From a virus, in IMG/VR virus record IMGVR_UViG_3300044496_000045: a stretch of 64,000 nucleotides of DNA; one strand, written 5' to 3'. Made by a program: the position numbers and the translations under genes. Shown one piece after another: positions 19,751 to 28,020 of the stretch. The notes under the pieces were generated by a model. That model was given only the letters and a program-made list of their open reading frames with translations. It ran no database searches and had not been told where the DNA came from. Within the stretch, counting starts at the first letter, position 1, and the number at the start of each line of letters is the position of its first letter.

Positions 19751-20352
19751 TCGATGATCTCCTCGGCATAGGGTTTCCGCTCGAACAGGAAGACGAATCG
19801 CACGCGGTGGTTGGTCGAGCGGGCGATCCCGATCTCGCCCCACAGATGCCATTCCGCGGCGCGATACATCGGCTTGACCGTATCGAGCCACGCGAGCTGG
19901 CCGCCGGGCTGCACGCAATAGGCCAGCTCGCGCATGACCTTGTGGCGGTTCGGCATCGGCGTGTCGTAGTTGATCGCGTCTTCCTCGGAGTAGGGCGGAT
20001 CGGCGGCCACGAAATTCATCGCGCCAAGTGTCAGTCGCTGCGAGAGCTGTTGGGCATCGGCGAGGAGATCCGGCGATCGCGCCGGGTTGCTATCGATCCG
20101 CCGGTACGATTCAGTCTGTGGGAGCGAGCCCGAGAATAGATGCCACCACAGCGCCCGCGGATAGTCCGGGAAGATGGCCGCGAGCCTGTCTAGGTAGCCG
20201 GGGGGATACGCGCCGTACAGCGGCGTCGTGTTGCGATAGTTGTTCCCGATCTCCCAGATGCCGTACAGCCAGCGGCCCCAGGTGACGACCGGTGGGTACA
20301 TCGGGTAGGCGGCAGCGTAGCTGGCCGCACGCTGCTCGACGGTCAGGGCCAT
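19732..20352 (-). CDS. Putative DNA amino-methyltransferase (DPPY)
   Basis: HLFSGS (motif I-like), RIDSNP..PDLLADA, FVAADPPYS, VQPGG. Confidence 0.7.
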   Translation of the reverse strand: MALTVEQRAASYAAAYPMYPPVVTWGRWLYGIWEIGNNYRNTTPLYGAYPPGYLDRLAAIFPDYPRALWWHLFSGSLPQTESYRRIDSNPARSPDLLADAQQLSQRLTLGAMNFVAADPPYSEEDAINYDTPMPNRHKVMRELAYCVQPGGQLAWLDTVKPMYRAAEWHLWGEIGIARSTNHRVRFVFLFERKPYAEEIIEWPLTP

Positions 20353-20364
20353 TCGATGATCTCC
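19745..20364. repeat. 18-bp exact direct repeat flanking the DPPY methyltransferase gene
   Basis: GGCCATTCGATGATCTCC at 19745-19762 and 20347-20364; on the minus strand each copy is RBS plus ATG of the next gene. Confidence 0.85.
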
Positions 20365-21068
20365 ACGTCGTCGGGCCGATCAGCCTCATAAGCCGGCGAC
20401 TCTGCGGGGATTGACGGCACTTCATTGCCCCACGCGTCCCAGCCCTCTCGACGCTCGCGCGCGAACAGTTCGAGATACGGCCCTGGAAACAGTTTTTCCA
20501 GCATCGAGTAGGCAGCATTCGGTTTGCGGGAGTGCTTCGACTTCGGCTCGACGATGAAGGCGTCTTCCTCGGCGAGCAGCAGGCCGTTGATCGATCGGGA
20601 CTTGACGAGCTTGGTGTACTGCCCGCGGGTGGCCAGTACCAGGTACTCGACGCAGCCGCGTGTCAGGTGGCCCATGCCGGGCTGGATGACGAGCTTCGGG
20701 ACGGACTTCCACTCGATCCCGATCTGCTGCTCCTCAACAGCGAGCCGCCCTTTGATCCACGGCACGATCTGCCGCGGCGTGAATCCCCAGCACGCGCACA
20801 CTCGGTTATGGATCCCTTCGAGCAGCATCGGTGGTGTGATCCAGAGCCCGAGCAGGGCGGTGTCGGCGATCAAGTGGCCCGCCAACAGCCCCTGCCGCTG
20901 CAGCTCGCCGCGTGGTCCCCGTTGCGAGGGCACGTACAGATCGCACACCTGCTGCACGCTCATGGTCGGGTACTGACTCACGCTCGACCGTTTCACGCCG
21001 TCTGCCATCTTGAGCGGCTGGGCGTACTCCCATGGCGGATCGGCAAGGGTGGTGGTGTAGGGGCTCAT
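20343..21068 (-). CDS. MT-A70 family adenine methyltransferase
   Basis: TLADPPW, YPTMS, LGLWIT, WGF, GMGHLTRGCVEYLVLATRG, HSRKP, YLELFARERREGWDAWGNE. Confidence 0.9.
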   Translation of the reverse strand: MSPYTTTLADPPWEYAQPLKMADGVKRSSVSQYPTMSVQQVCDLYVPSQRGPRGELQRQGLLAGHLIADTALLGLWITPPMLLEGIHNRVCACWGFTPRQIVPWIKGRLAVEEQQIGIEWKSVPKLVIQPGMGHLTRGCVEYLVLATRGQYTKLVKSRSINGLLLAEEDAFIVEPKSKHSRKPNAAYSMLEKLFPGPYLELFARERREGWDAWGNEVPSIPAESPAYEADRPDDVEIIEWP

Positions 21069-21523
21069 GGGTGGGCTGGAGGCGGTGCCTCCCCTCGATG
21101 GCCGCGCTCGAACCACGAGCGCGCGATCATGCCCTGTCGGACTTCGTCGACAAATTGCTGCAGCGGCCAACTCCGGCCCATGATGTGCGCCTGTGCTGGA
21201 TCGACATCCACGTACGACGGCATGTCGTGCTGCAGCGCCCAGTCGAGTTCCGCGCGCGCACCGGACGACTTCTCCCAGGTATGCGTCAGGATGATCGCGT
21301 CGCAGCGGGCGAGGAGCTGCAGCGTGCCGTCCAGCCAGAACTGATCGGTCAGCAGCTTGTCGAAGTCAGCCGTCATGGTGTGTGGGATGACGGGGTAGCC
21401 ACCGGCTTCCGCCACCCGCAGTCCGAGATCACGCGCCGCTTCGACGTGGCGGCGCACGACGATCGGCGACGGTCCCCGGAATGGCCCGGCAATGTAAATG
21501 AGCGGCAGCTTGTTAGTGGACAT
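21065..21523 (-). CDS. DUF4406/nucleoside 2-deoxyribosyltransferase-like protein
   Basis: IYIAGPF, PVIPH, LLARCDAIIL..WEKSSGARAELDWA. Confidence 0.8.
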   Translation of the reverse strand: MSTNKLPLIYIAGPFRGPSPIVVRRHVEAARDLGLRVAEAGGYPVIPHTMTADFDKLLTDQFWLDGTLQLLARCDAIILTHTWEKSSGARAELDWALQHDMPSYVDVDPAQAHIMGRSWPLQQFVDEVRQGMIARSWFERGHRGEAPPPAHP

Positions 21524-21764
21524 GCAGCTCGGCCTCCTCCAGCCGCTCCAGATGTTTGGTGATCCGATCGGCGACTTCGGCCGCGAACGTCGCGATGTCC
21601 GGCTTGCTGAACATGGTCGCCACGCCGGCTGTGATCGTCGCCGATATGAAATCGCGCACGATCGCACGGGCCAGCCCACGCCGATAGAAGATGCGGGACT
21701 CGGACACCGCCTGCTTGTAGGCTTCGACTTCCTTTATGCGACGTGCCGCGCCAGGAACCGCCAT
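21513..21764 (-). CDS. Hypothetical protein (83 aa)
   Basis: GGAGGA RBS; coupled into the operon. Confidence 0.65.
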   Translation of the reverse strand: MAVPGAARRIKEVEAYKQAVSESRIFYRRGLARAIVRDFISATITAGVATMFSKPDIATFAAEVADRITKHLERLEEAELHVH

Positions 21765-22879
21765 TCCTCCTCCTCGCCTTCCCCTTCGCGGGGCAGTACT
21801 GGGTCATCCGGGCCGGCCGACAGCACGTACGCTGGCAGCGTCAGATCCTCCATGCCGCTGAGATTCAGCGGTACGTCGTGCCCGGTTTTGATCTTGATCT
21901 TGATCTGCTCGTCTTCGTCGATGTGGGGTGCCCAGTTCCGCCCTTGCTTGGCGCTGACCCCGATGGGGAGGTACTCGCCCCAGCCCCACGCGACGGGAAT
22001 GGGTAGATACGTGCTGGGCCGCTGCATGACGGTCGCCACCATCTCCACCACCCGATCCCAGCAACGATTAGGGATATGGAGTAACAGAGAATCGTGAATC
22101 GGGGAAAGTAATGGAGTCCGACCAAAGTAGCAATCGCCAATATAGAAAGGGGACCAAGGGCAGAATAGATCAAGCTCCGCCTCCTTGAGGCGCCCGGCCG
22201 CAATCGACTGCGGATAGAACGCGATCACGCGGTTGCCATCGCCACCGAAGTCCACCTTGAAGTACCGCCCGTGCATCTGCACGATGCGGTGCGCGCGCGT
22301 CGGATCCTTCAACCACTTGCGCGCGGTGAACTCATTGATCGGTTTGTAGTTGAGTACGTCCCAGAACCAATGCTGGTACCCGTAGGGGTGATCCCACATC
22401 GTCGCGGGGATGCCGGGCATGGTTGGGCCGCCGAGTCTCCCCGCTTCGCGCGCCTGTTTCCGCAGGGCCTGATGCCACTTCGGCAGATCCGGCGCCAGCG
22501 CGTAGTAGTACGTCTCGAACTCCTGGGCGATCTTGAGGGTCGGAAAGAACTCCGGGAACTTCTCGACTTGCCCGTAGGCGGTCATCCCGAAGTTCTTCGC
22601 GTGGACCGTGCGCTTCGAGGTGTCGTATTCCTTCGGATAGCCTTTTTTGATCGTGTCGAGATTGGCTTTGACGATCAGATCCTGCTGAGAGAGATCGACA
22701 GGCTTACCGACCTTCAGCGATGTCACCGCTGCGTGCATGCCGAGACGGGCGAGGCGGATGTATTGCTTGGCGCGGTCGGCATCGAAGCCGTGCGTCCACA
22801 GGCAGCGGCCGGTTAAGACGGCTTCGATCCCGGAGAAGTCGACTTCGAGGATCCGGCAGGAGGTATCGGCAGTGATCAT
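21734..22879 (-). CDS. polA: Family A DNA polymerase, C-terminal catalytic part
   Basis: Motif A LEVDFSGIEAV, motif B-like KRTVHAKNFGM, YPQSIAA, motif C IHDSLLL. Confidence 0.88.
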   Translation of the reverse strand: MITADTSCRILEVDFSGIEAVLTGRCLWTHGFDADRAKQYIRLARLGMHAAVTSLKVGKPVDLSQQDLIVKANLDTIKKGYPKEYDTSKRTVHAKNFGMTAYGQVEKFPEFFPTLKIAQEFETYYYALAPDLPKWHQALRKQAREAGRLGGPTMPGIPATMWDHPYGYQHWFWDVLNYKPINEFTARKWLKDPTRAHRIVQMHGRYFKVDFGGDGNRVIAFYPQSIAAGRLKEAELDLFCPWSPFYIGDCYFGRTPLLSPIHDSLLLHIPNRCWDRVVEMVATVMQRPSTYLPIPVAWGWGEYLPIGVSAKQGRNWAPHIDEDEQIKIKIKTGHDVPLNLSGMEDLTLPAYVLSAGPDDPVLPREGEGEEEEWRFLARHVA

Positions 22880-23073
22880 TCGGTGATGCGCTGAATGAAA
22901 AATTGCTTGTGCTGCCAGCTCTGGAACGCCGCGAGATTGAAGATCAGCGTCACGTCATAGCTCCGGATGTGACTGACGGGACCACGTTCGGTGAGCGTGC
23001 GTTCGACATCGGCGGCGAACATGAGTGCATCGGTGCTGTGCCGCATGCCGCGGAACCATTCGCGGACCGTCAC
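22876..23073 (-). CDS. Hypothetical protein (65 aa) between the polymerase halves
   Basis: Overlapping start/stop junctions on both sides. Confidence 0.7.
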   Translation of the reverse strand: MTVREWFRGMRHSTDALMFAADVERTLTERGPVSHIRSYDVTLIFNLAAFQSWQHKQFFIQRITE

Positions 23074-23690
23074 TTCGTCACCAGCAACGTCGCCAAGTGT
23101 TTCGATCGCGACTGGTGCCGCAGCTTCCGCATTGCCTTGCCTTCAATCTGCCGGATCCGTTCTTGCGTGACGGCAAAGTGCTGGCCTACCTCGTGTAAGG
23201 TTCGCTCCCCATTGCCGTCGAGTCCGTATCGTAGTGTGAGCACGCCAGCTTCGCGCTTCGTGAGCGTGGCCAGCACCTGTTGAATCAAGGCGCTCCGCTC
23301 CTGCTGCTCCATGAGTTCGTCCGGTCCGGCTTCGAGCGCCAATTGCCGCCGCGCGGCCATGAGGGGCAGGAACGTCGCCGCCTCCATTTCAATCGCCGCC
23401 TTCGGATTGATGACAGTTGCGTAGAGGGCCGGCGGGAACAATTCGTCCACGGATAGCCCCAGGATCGTACAGAGACGCTGGGCGAGTGGACGAATGACAA
23501 GTCGACGTGTCGTCGTCAGTTGGCCTCGCGTGCCGTAGGGGCTCACCGTAAGATTCAAGAAACTCCCCACCGCCCCCTGATCGATCGTATGTACCCGGCA
23601 GAACGCGGACACACTGGGGTATTCATCGAAAATCGCGTGCCAGAGCACGTTGTTCCGCGCACGCAGTTCGATGCGAAGATCCTTGGTCAC
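23070..23690 (-). CDS. XRE-like HTH plus sigma70 region 4 domain protein
   Basis: C-terminal [50 protein letters not shown] closely matches RpoD region 4; N-terminal SVSAFC...[18 protein letters not shown] is HTH-like; no region 2. Confidence 0.85.
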   Translation of the reverse strand: MTKDLRIELRARNNVLWHAIFDEYPSVSAFCRVHTIDQGAVGSFLNLTVSPYGTRGQLTTTRRLVIRPLAQRLCTILGLSVDELFPPALYATVINPKAAIEMEAATFLPLMAARRQLALEAGPDELMEQQERSALIQQVLATLTKREAGVLTLRYGLDGNGERTLHEVGQHFAVTQERIRQIEGKAMRKLRHQSRSKHLATLLVTK

Positions 23691-24157
23691 TTCGTCACCA
23701 CAACAAACCGATCATCCAGATCCCACAGCAGTGGCTGCACTTGATCCCAGGTCAGCCCGCCGTTGCCGCAGCCCGGCCGAGGCAGCACGACGCGGCGCCA
23801 CTCCAAGCGATCCGCCAGCGCGATCAGCTCGTACGCGCTCTGTTGAATCAGCGCGAGATCCGCCAGCTCCATCCATTCGTGCTTCACGGGGAAGACGACC
23901 AACGTCCACGGCGGTGGTGGCACGAGTACCCCAACATGATTGCCGTACGCGGTGAGGTAGTGGCCGAGCCGACGCTGGAGCGTCACCGGCCGTCGCCCCG
24001 GCGTCGTGTGTTGCGCGTTGTAGCGGTTCGCGGCTTCGAGCGCGCAGCCCCGGCCCATGACGCCCAGCCCGCGGCCGGTGATGGTGCCGTTGGTCGTGAT
24101 GACGACGGCATCGGCAGTCGCGCCGGCTGCCCAGAGATCGGTGCGGTGTTCAATCAT
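23687..24157 (-). CDS. Macrodomain protein (DarG/Poa1p-like)
   Basis: [45 protein letters not shown]. Confidence 0.85.
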   Translation of the reverse strand: MIEHRTDLWAAGATADAVVITTNGTITGRGLGVMGRGCALEAANRYNAQHTTPGRRPVTLQRRLGHYLTAYGNHVGVLVPPPPWTLVVFPVKHEWMELADLALIQQSAYELIALADRLEWRRVVLPRPGCGNGGLTWDQVQPLLWDLDDRFVVVTK

Positions 24158-24323
24158 CGTCGTCCCTATCCTCCAGGATGGCGATCAGTTCCGCCTCGTC
24201 CTGATCGATCACGCGCGTGTTGTGTTCCGCGCAGGCCCACACGCCGGGGATCCCCTTCTCGTTCTGGCGGTACAGTGTGATCGGATCCTGCGGCGGCCCG
24301 AGCCCACAGACGTGACACTTCAT
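24150..24323 (-). CDS. Small zinc-finger-like protein (57 aa)
   Basis: MKCHVCG...WACAEH; ATGA overlap with the polymerase N-part stop. Confidence 0.65.
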   Translation of the reverse strand: MKCHVCGLGPPQDPITLYRQNEKGIPGVWACAEHNTRVIDQDEAELIAILEDRDDDD

Positions 24324-26497
24324 GCGGTACCCCACTTCGCCTGCCACGCGGCGAACTCCTCGGGCGTGATGGACGGCGGCGGTTGATCGCGGGCTTCGAT
24401 GCAGCGTCGGAACCCAGACGCCAATCCGTCAGGGCCGGCTTTGTCAGCGACGACGTTCTGCAGGTTCGGGTTGGTGCAACTATCACGCAGTGTCGACGGC
24501 TTGCACGACAGCTCCGGATGCACGCGATCATCCGCGTCCAGGCGCGACAACGTGCCCACCGCGTAGGTGCTGTCCACCTTTTGTACAGCCTTCCAATCCA
24601 TTTCGAGCTGGAAGAATGGGTCATCAGCGTGCTCTTTCTTCAGTTGCTCCATCGCCTTTTTGTTGGTGGTGGCGCGGCCTTTTTTGCGATCGATCGGCGC
24701 GTCGATCCCTTGCTGCGCGAGGTAGGCGAGGATCTGCTGCGGGGCGTCCGGGTTGAAGGGGAGCTGCCAGAAGTAGCGAGCCTGCTGAACAGTTCGCTGC
24801 TCAAGATTTGGTGTTGGGCGTACAACTTCCACCACAGGCTGCCCGCGCGGGCGCTTTGGTTGAGCGGGGCGTGGGCAGCGATGCTTCGCTCCAACTGCCT
24901 CCGCATGGCACGTAAGGCAGACACGGACGCTGATGTCGATATTGCGCTGAACAAGTGTGACTCCCTCCAGCATGTACGCCATCTTCGCTTCGCCGCCGCC
25001 CTTTTTCGGTTTGCCGAGGATCGAGGCGGGCGGTTGCCGCTGTGGCATCTTCCGTTGTCCCTGACAGACAGGGCACACAACGTCATCGAACTCACTTTGC
25101 TTCTCGCCGTCACACGCCCAGCAGGTTTCCATCGGCCGCTTCGCGTACCCGAGCTTTGGCTTCAGCACGCCTTGCGCGGCCGTCTCTTTCATCCGGGCTA
25201 ACACACTCCCGAGCTTCCGCTGTAGATCCTCATGGAACGCCTGCAGCTCCACCCGGTTGATCGGCACACCCATTTCGGTCGCTGGTCGCAGCACGTATTG
25301 ATCGCGTTCGTGCCAGTCGCGCATGAACACATCCCAGATGCCGTACTTGATCGCATCCTTCAGTAGCCACATGCAGACGCGCCAGTTCTGCAGGCCGTCC
25401 GCCGCCGCGTACACGCCTTCCTTTTCTTTATCCTTGCCCCAGTGCTTCCAGGCACCGAAGTCGCTGGCCATCGGCGCGACAAAGCCCAGCCCGCGAGGCA
25501 GATCGCTTTGTAGGTAATGCCAGACCCACATGCCGTCGATCGCCATGATCCCGGTGAGGGTATGGCCGGCCTGCCGCAGCTTGTCCCAATCGACGTACTT
25601 GTTCCACAGCCACACCCAACCGCCGAGACGCGCGAGCCCGGACAGCAGGCGTTCGGTGTGGCCGATATAGGGACCGCGGTACGGCACGGTCATCCCCATC
25701 ACCGAATCGTTCCCGACATTCACGCGCGTGATCAGCGTCCCCGATCGCTCGACTTCGGATTCGTCGGCGCCCATCTTCTCGGGGAACTCGGTATCGAGCG
25801 ACAGATGTGTCCCATCAGGATCAGTGGTTGCCCGCTCAAGGTGACGATCAACCCAGGCGCCGTACACGTCGGGAACGGGATCGACAATGAGCTGGGCCGT
25901 GGAGCGCGTAAAGCCGGACTGACTAATCCGATGTGCCAGACGTACATCTTGTGTCACCACGTCGAGCAGGTTCATCGCTCCACGTTGTAAATGCGATGGG
26001 TGGTAGGACGGGACGATCCAGTACCGGTTATCGGCACTGCGCGTCACGGTCCCGTGGAAGTCTTTCACCGCGACGCCAGGGACGCCGGCCAGCCCTAAGA
26101 TCGCGTCGAGCGCGGTGGCCCCAAGCGGCATGACGACGCCGTTGTCCGGCACGCTGTCGAGCAGCGGTTGGAGATATTGCCGACACATGGCGATCGCGTG
26201 CTGTTCCCAGGGGGCGCCGGCTAGGAAGTCATTGGGCGGCCGGCAGCTCACAATGTTGCCGATCCGCACATGCTGGCGATCGATCCCGGCCCGGTGGAAA
26301 ATCCGGCTCAGGACGCCCCCGGCCGAGCCGTAGAAGGGCTCTCCGGCGACCGCCTCCTCATAGCCGAGGGCTTCGCCGATGGCCGTCAGGCGAGCCCCCA
26401 GCGGTCCAGACGGGGGTGCGTAGCCGAAGCCGATGGTTTCCAGGCTGCAGCCCGCGCAGCCGGCCGGCTTGAGGTACTTAGGATTCTGGGCTGGCAT
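24320..26497 (-). CDS. polA: DNA polymerase A N-terminal part: UDG family-4-like domain, 3'-5' exonuclease, thumb
   Basis: GCAGCSL, IGEALG..E...GEPFYGSAG, SCRPP, YHPS (UDG); LSLDTE, WNKYVD, YAAAD (Exo I-III); ends NPNLQN...FRRCIEA just before where motif A should be. Confidence 0.88.
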   Translation of the reverse strand: MPAQNPKYLKPAGCAGCSLETIGFGYAPPSGPLGARLTAIGEALGYEEAVAGEPFYGSAGGVLSRIFHRAGIDRQHVRIGNIVSCRPPNDFLAGAPWEQHAIAMCRQYLQPLLDSVPDNGVVMPLGATALDAILGLAGVPGVAVKDFHGTVTRSADNRYWIVPSYHPSHLQRGAMNLLDVVTQDVRLAHRISQSGFTRSTAQLIVDPVPDVYGAWVDRHLERATTDPDGTHLSLDTEFPEKMGADESEVERSGTLITRVNVGNDSVMGMTVPYRGPYIGHTERLLSGLARLGGWVWLWNKYVDWDKLRQAGHTLTGIMAIDGMWVWHYLQSDLPRGLGFVAPMASDFGAWKHWGKDKEKEGVYAAADGLQNWRVCMWLLKDAIKYGIWDVFMRDWHERDQYVLRPATEMGVPINRVELQAFHEDLQRKLGSVLARMKETAAQGVLKPKLGYAKRPMETCWACDGEKQSEFDDVVCPVCQGQRKMPQRQPPASILGKPKKGGGEAKMAYMLEGVTLVQRNIDISVRVCLTCHAEAVGAKHRCPRPAQPKRPRGQPVVEVVRPTPNLEQRTVQQARYFWQLPFNPDAPQQILAYLAQQGIDAPIDRKKGRATTNKKAMEQLKKEHADDPFFQLEMDWKAVQKVDSTYAVGTLSRLDADDRVHPELSCKPSTLRDSCTNPNLQNVVADKAGPDGLASGFRRCIEARDQPPPSITPEEFAAWQAKWGTA

Positions 26498-26807
26498 GGG
26501 GGTGCGCGAGGATCGGGCCGAGCGATTGCAGCCACATGAAGTTGACGTACTCGGCGATCACGTCGACATGGCAGGGGAGCGGCGCACACCAACAGAGCAG
26601 GATCTTGCCGGTGCATTCGCGCACCGCCTGATCACGGAGCGCGCGCTGGGCGTCGGCAAGGAACCAATTCCGGAAGGCGGAGATCGCCTCGGCCCGCGGC
26701 ACGTATTTCCCCCCGAAGGGATTGCCGTAGGGACCGGGCCGGCCACAGTAGACCGCACGGTCCATGCTGCCTTTGTAGGATCGGACGTGCGCGACGGTGG
26801 CGTTCAT
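26478..26807 (-). CDS. DUF4326 protein
   Basis: VYCGRPGPYGNPF, LTGKILLCWCAPLPCHVDVI-type pattern (ECTGKILLCWCAPLPCHVDVIAEYVN). Confidence 0.85.
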   Translation of the reverse strand: MNATVAHVRSYKGSMDRAVYCGRPGPYGNPFGGKYVPRAEAISAFRNWFLADAQRALRDQAVRECTGKILLCWCAPLPCHVDVIAEYVNFMWLQSLGPILAHPHASPES

Positions 26808-27163
26808 CGACGGGCCTTGCGGATGCGCCCAGCGCCAGCCGGCACGGGCACGATGGTCGCGGGATCCGGATTGCGCGAACCTACGAGCTGCCGAAGCGCG
26901 ATGAAGATCAGATCCCAGCAGCCGCGCCGCTCGCGATCGAACTGTCGCACGTCGGTGTCGAAAAAGTGCTGAATGTCTTCCGGCGTGAGTTTCCCGCGGC
27001 CCTGCTTCCAGGCTTCGCGTTCCCGCGGCTCCATCTTCGACAGCCAGACGGAGTAGTCGCCGTACTGTTCGTCGCCGCCGATGTTGCTGATGACGCCGAC
27101 ACCAAGCAGCTTGTCCCGATCGGAGCTGACGGCGCTGATGAGTTCGACGGTGATTCTGATCAT
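26804..27163 (-). CDS. Hypothetical phage protein (119 aa)
   Basis: MIRITVELISA...; ATGA overlaps on both sides. Confidence 0.7.
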   Translation of the reverse strand: MIRITVELISAVSSDRDKLLGVGVISNIGGDEQYGDYSVWLSKMEPREREAWKQGRGKLTPEDIQHFFDTDVRQFDRERRGCWDLIFIALRQLVGSRNPDPATIVPVPAGAGRIRKARR

Positions 27164-27333
27164 CGACGGTCCCCCGGTGATCGTCCACAGTTCGCACACA
27201 CGGCCAGATTCGCCCCGTTCACGTGGCTGCAGCCGCACGTCCAGTGCGATTGCGCGAGGAGATCCCGAATCTCCTGCAGGAGCTGACGCTGCAACTCCAT
27301 CGCTTCGAGCGTGAGACGTTCCACGTCAGTCAT
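27160..27333 (-). CDS. Coiled coil plus RanBP2-like zinc finger peptide (57 aa)
   Basis: ...HWTCGCSHVNGANLAVCANCG; ATGA overlaps; not in the ORF track. Confidence 0.6.
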   Translation of the reverse strand: MTDVERLTLEAMELQRQLLQEIRDLLAQSHWTCGCSHVNGANLAVCANCGRSPGDRR

Positions 27334-27821
27334 CGCTGCAACGCCTCCAGCAGAAACGCCTCCACCCTCGCGCCGATCCCCGGTGACTTACTCTCGCGAT
27401 TGCCGGCGATGTTGAGCGTCTTAATGCGCAGCCCGCGGATCCACCGCTGGACATAGGCAGGGTCCGGGTGAAACATCGTGCCCCCTTCGGGCCATTCGCA
27501 CGTCGTCAGGGGCTTGACGAGCGCCACGCACGCGGCCATGGTCAGCCCAGTCCCGCCGTCCGATCGATTCAGGAAGAACACGATCGTCGCGTCGGCCGCC
27601 CGGATGTTGTAGCGGGTGCGATGTTCATAGCCGTCATACCGGGACTCGACCATGCCGTACAGATCCTGGAACTCCGGGCGCGGGCCGGCTTCGGTCTTCC
27701 AGCCGTGCGGCATCATGCCGCCCGTCTTGTACCCGAGTACCTTGGCGGCACGCAGCCCGGCCTCGTCGGCACCGGTCTGGCCTCCGGAGATCACCATGGC
27801 GAGTGGCCAGCAGTTATCCAT
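27330..27821 (-). CDS. SLOG superfamily protein (cpYpsA / putative molybdenum carrier-like)
   Basis: VISGGQTGADEAGLRAA, GGMMPHGWKTEAG, RTRYNIRAADAT, LNIAGNRESKSPGI. Confidence 0.85.
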   Translation of the reverse strand: MDNCWPLAMVISGGQTGADEAGLRAAKVLGYKTGGMMPHGWKTEAGPRPEFQDLYGMVESRYDGYEHRTRYNIRAADATIVFFLNRSDGGTGLTMAACVALVKPLTTCEWPEGGTMFHPDPAYVQRWIRGLRIKTLNIAGNRESKSPGIGARVEAFLLEALQR

Positions 27822-28020
27822 CAGCCCGCTTCATGTACTGGACAAGCGCCATGTACACCTCCGGCTCCAGCACGATCCGATTCGTCACGACGATCCCATT
27901 CTCGGTCGTCAACAGGATCCCGTAGTCCAGGAACGTCAGGTACACGCCGTCGCCGAGATAGAGCTTGCCCCGTGGGGGTGCGTCAGGGGGAAAGCCGGTG
28001 CCGTCACCGACGTTGCTCAT
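27814..28020 (-). CDS. Hypothetical protein (68 aa)
   Basis: YLGDGVY...NRIVLEPEV motif seen in small phage proteins; coupled junctions. Confidence 0.7.
   Translation of the reverse strand: MSNVGDGTGFPPDAPPRGKLYLGDGVYLTFLDYGILLTTENGIVVTNRIVLEPEVYMALVQYMKRADG

Noticed and set aside
22880-24319. Group I intron or split intein explaining the broken polymerase
   Set aside because: The interval is fully packed with coupled ORFs, with no homing endonuclease and no intein Cys/Ser start or His-Asn end on either half
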